NCBI GenBank assembly: GCA_964658305.1
Contig: OZ210885.1
Location: 22,878,001 to 22,942,000 of the forward strand
Reading direction: 5' to 3'
Origin: Leptogorgia sarmentosa
Taxonomy: Eukaryota
DNA: 64,000 nt
Made by a program: the position numbers and the translations under genes. Below are positions 63,820 to 64,000 of this stretch, in pieces (the stretch's first letter is position 1; each line of letters begins with the position of its first letter). The notes under the pieces were generated by a model, which saw only the letters and a list, made by a program, of their open reading frames with translations, did no database searches and had not been told where the DNA came from.

Positions 63820-64000
63820 AGTTTACAATCCACACCGTTCACACAAAGCTAACAAGTCCACAGTCCACACCATACATGATTGTGCTTACAAGTATACTGT
63901 CCACGCTTAAGTTTAAGAGTCCACATCATTCACACTTGTGCTTACAAGTCCACAGTCCACACTGTCCACACTTGTGCTTACAAGTCCACACTTGTGTTTA
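63820..64000. repeat. Minisatellite-like array of AGTCCAC and ACTTGTGCTTACA units
   Basis: Repeated AGTCCAC and (CAC)TTGTGCTTACAAGTCCAC motifs running to the window end. Confidence 0.7.

Noticed and set aside
1..64000. Uni-strand (flamenco-like) orientation bias
   Set aside because: Elements are split between both strands.

Overview
This is AT-rich eukaryotic DNA with GT-AG introns, probably from a marine invertebrate such as a cnidarian (inferred from the TE repertoire). It is almost entirely a multi-layer nest of transposable elements, and I found no intact host gene. Most layers can be delimited exactly from TIRs or LTRs, target-site duplications (TSDs) and reading frames restored on removal. 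LEFT NEST: an old hAT transposase gene (26392->9359) is cut by an Academ-like DUF6589-type element ending at 9358 and by a second, 15-kb hAT (10394-25445, TSD GCCCCAAC). The DUF6589-type element holds a Helentron-type HINE, which holds a MITE and a Gypsy with TA..TA LTRs. The 15-kb hAT holds a LINE, an intact Harbinger with two interdigitated antisense genes, MITEs, an Ngaro RT fragment and a decayed Harbinger. MIDDLE: a Gypsy integrase remnant, a piggyBac (30740-38043) containing a Gypsy, and a full-length DIRS1-type element (38748-42994). RIGHT NEST: a P-like element (43064-60252) contains an Academ (44059-59314), which contains a Kolobok (46617-53957), which contains an apparently intact, divergent hAT-like element (46813-51346) whose ~1098-aa transposase has a spliced-on Cys/His finger exon. 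The window ends with a protein-kinase pseudogene and simple repeats. Family names come from motif recognition only; no searches were run.
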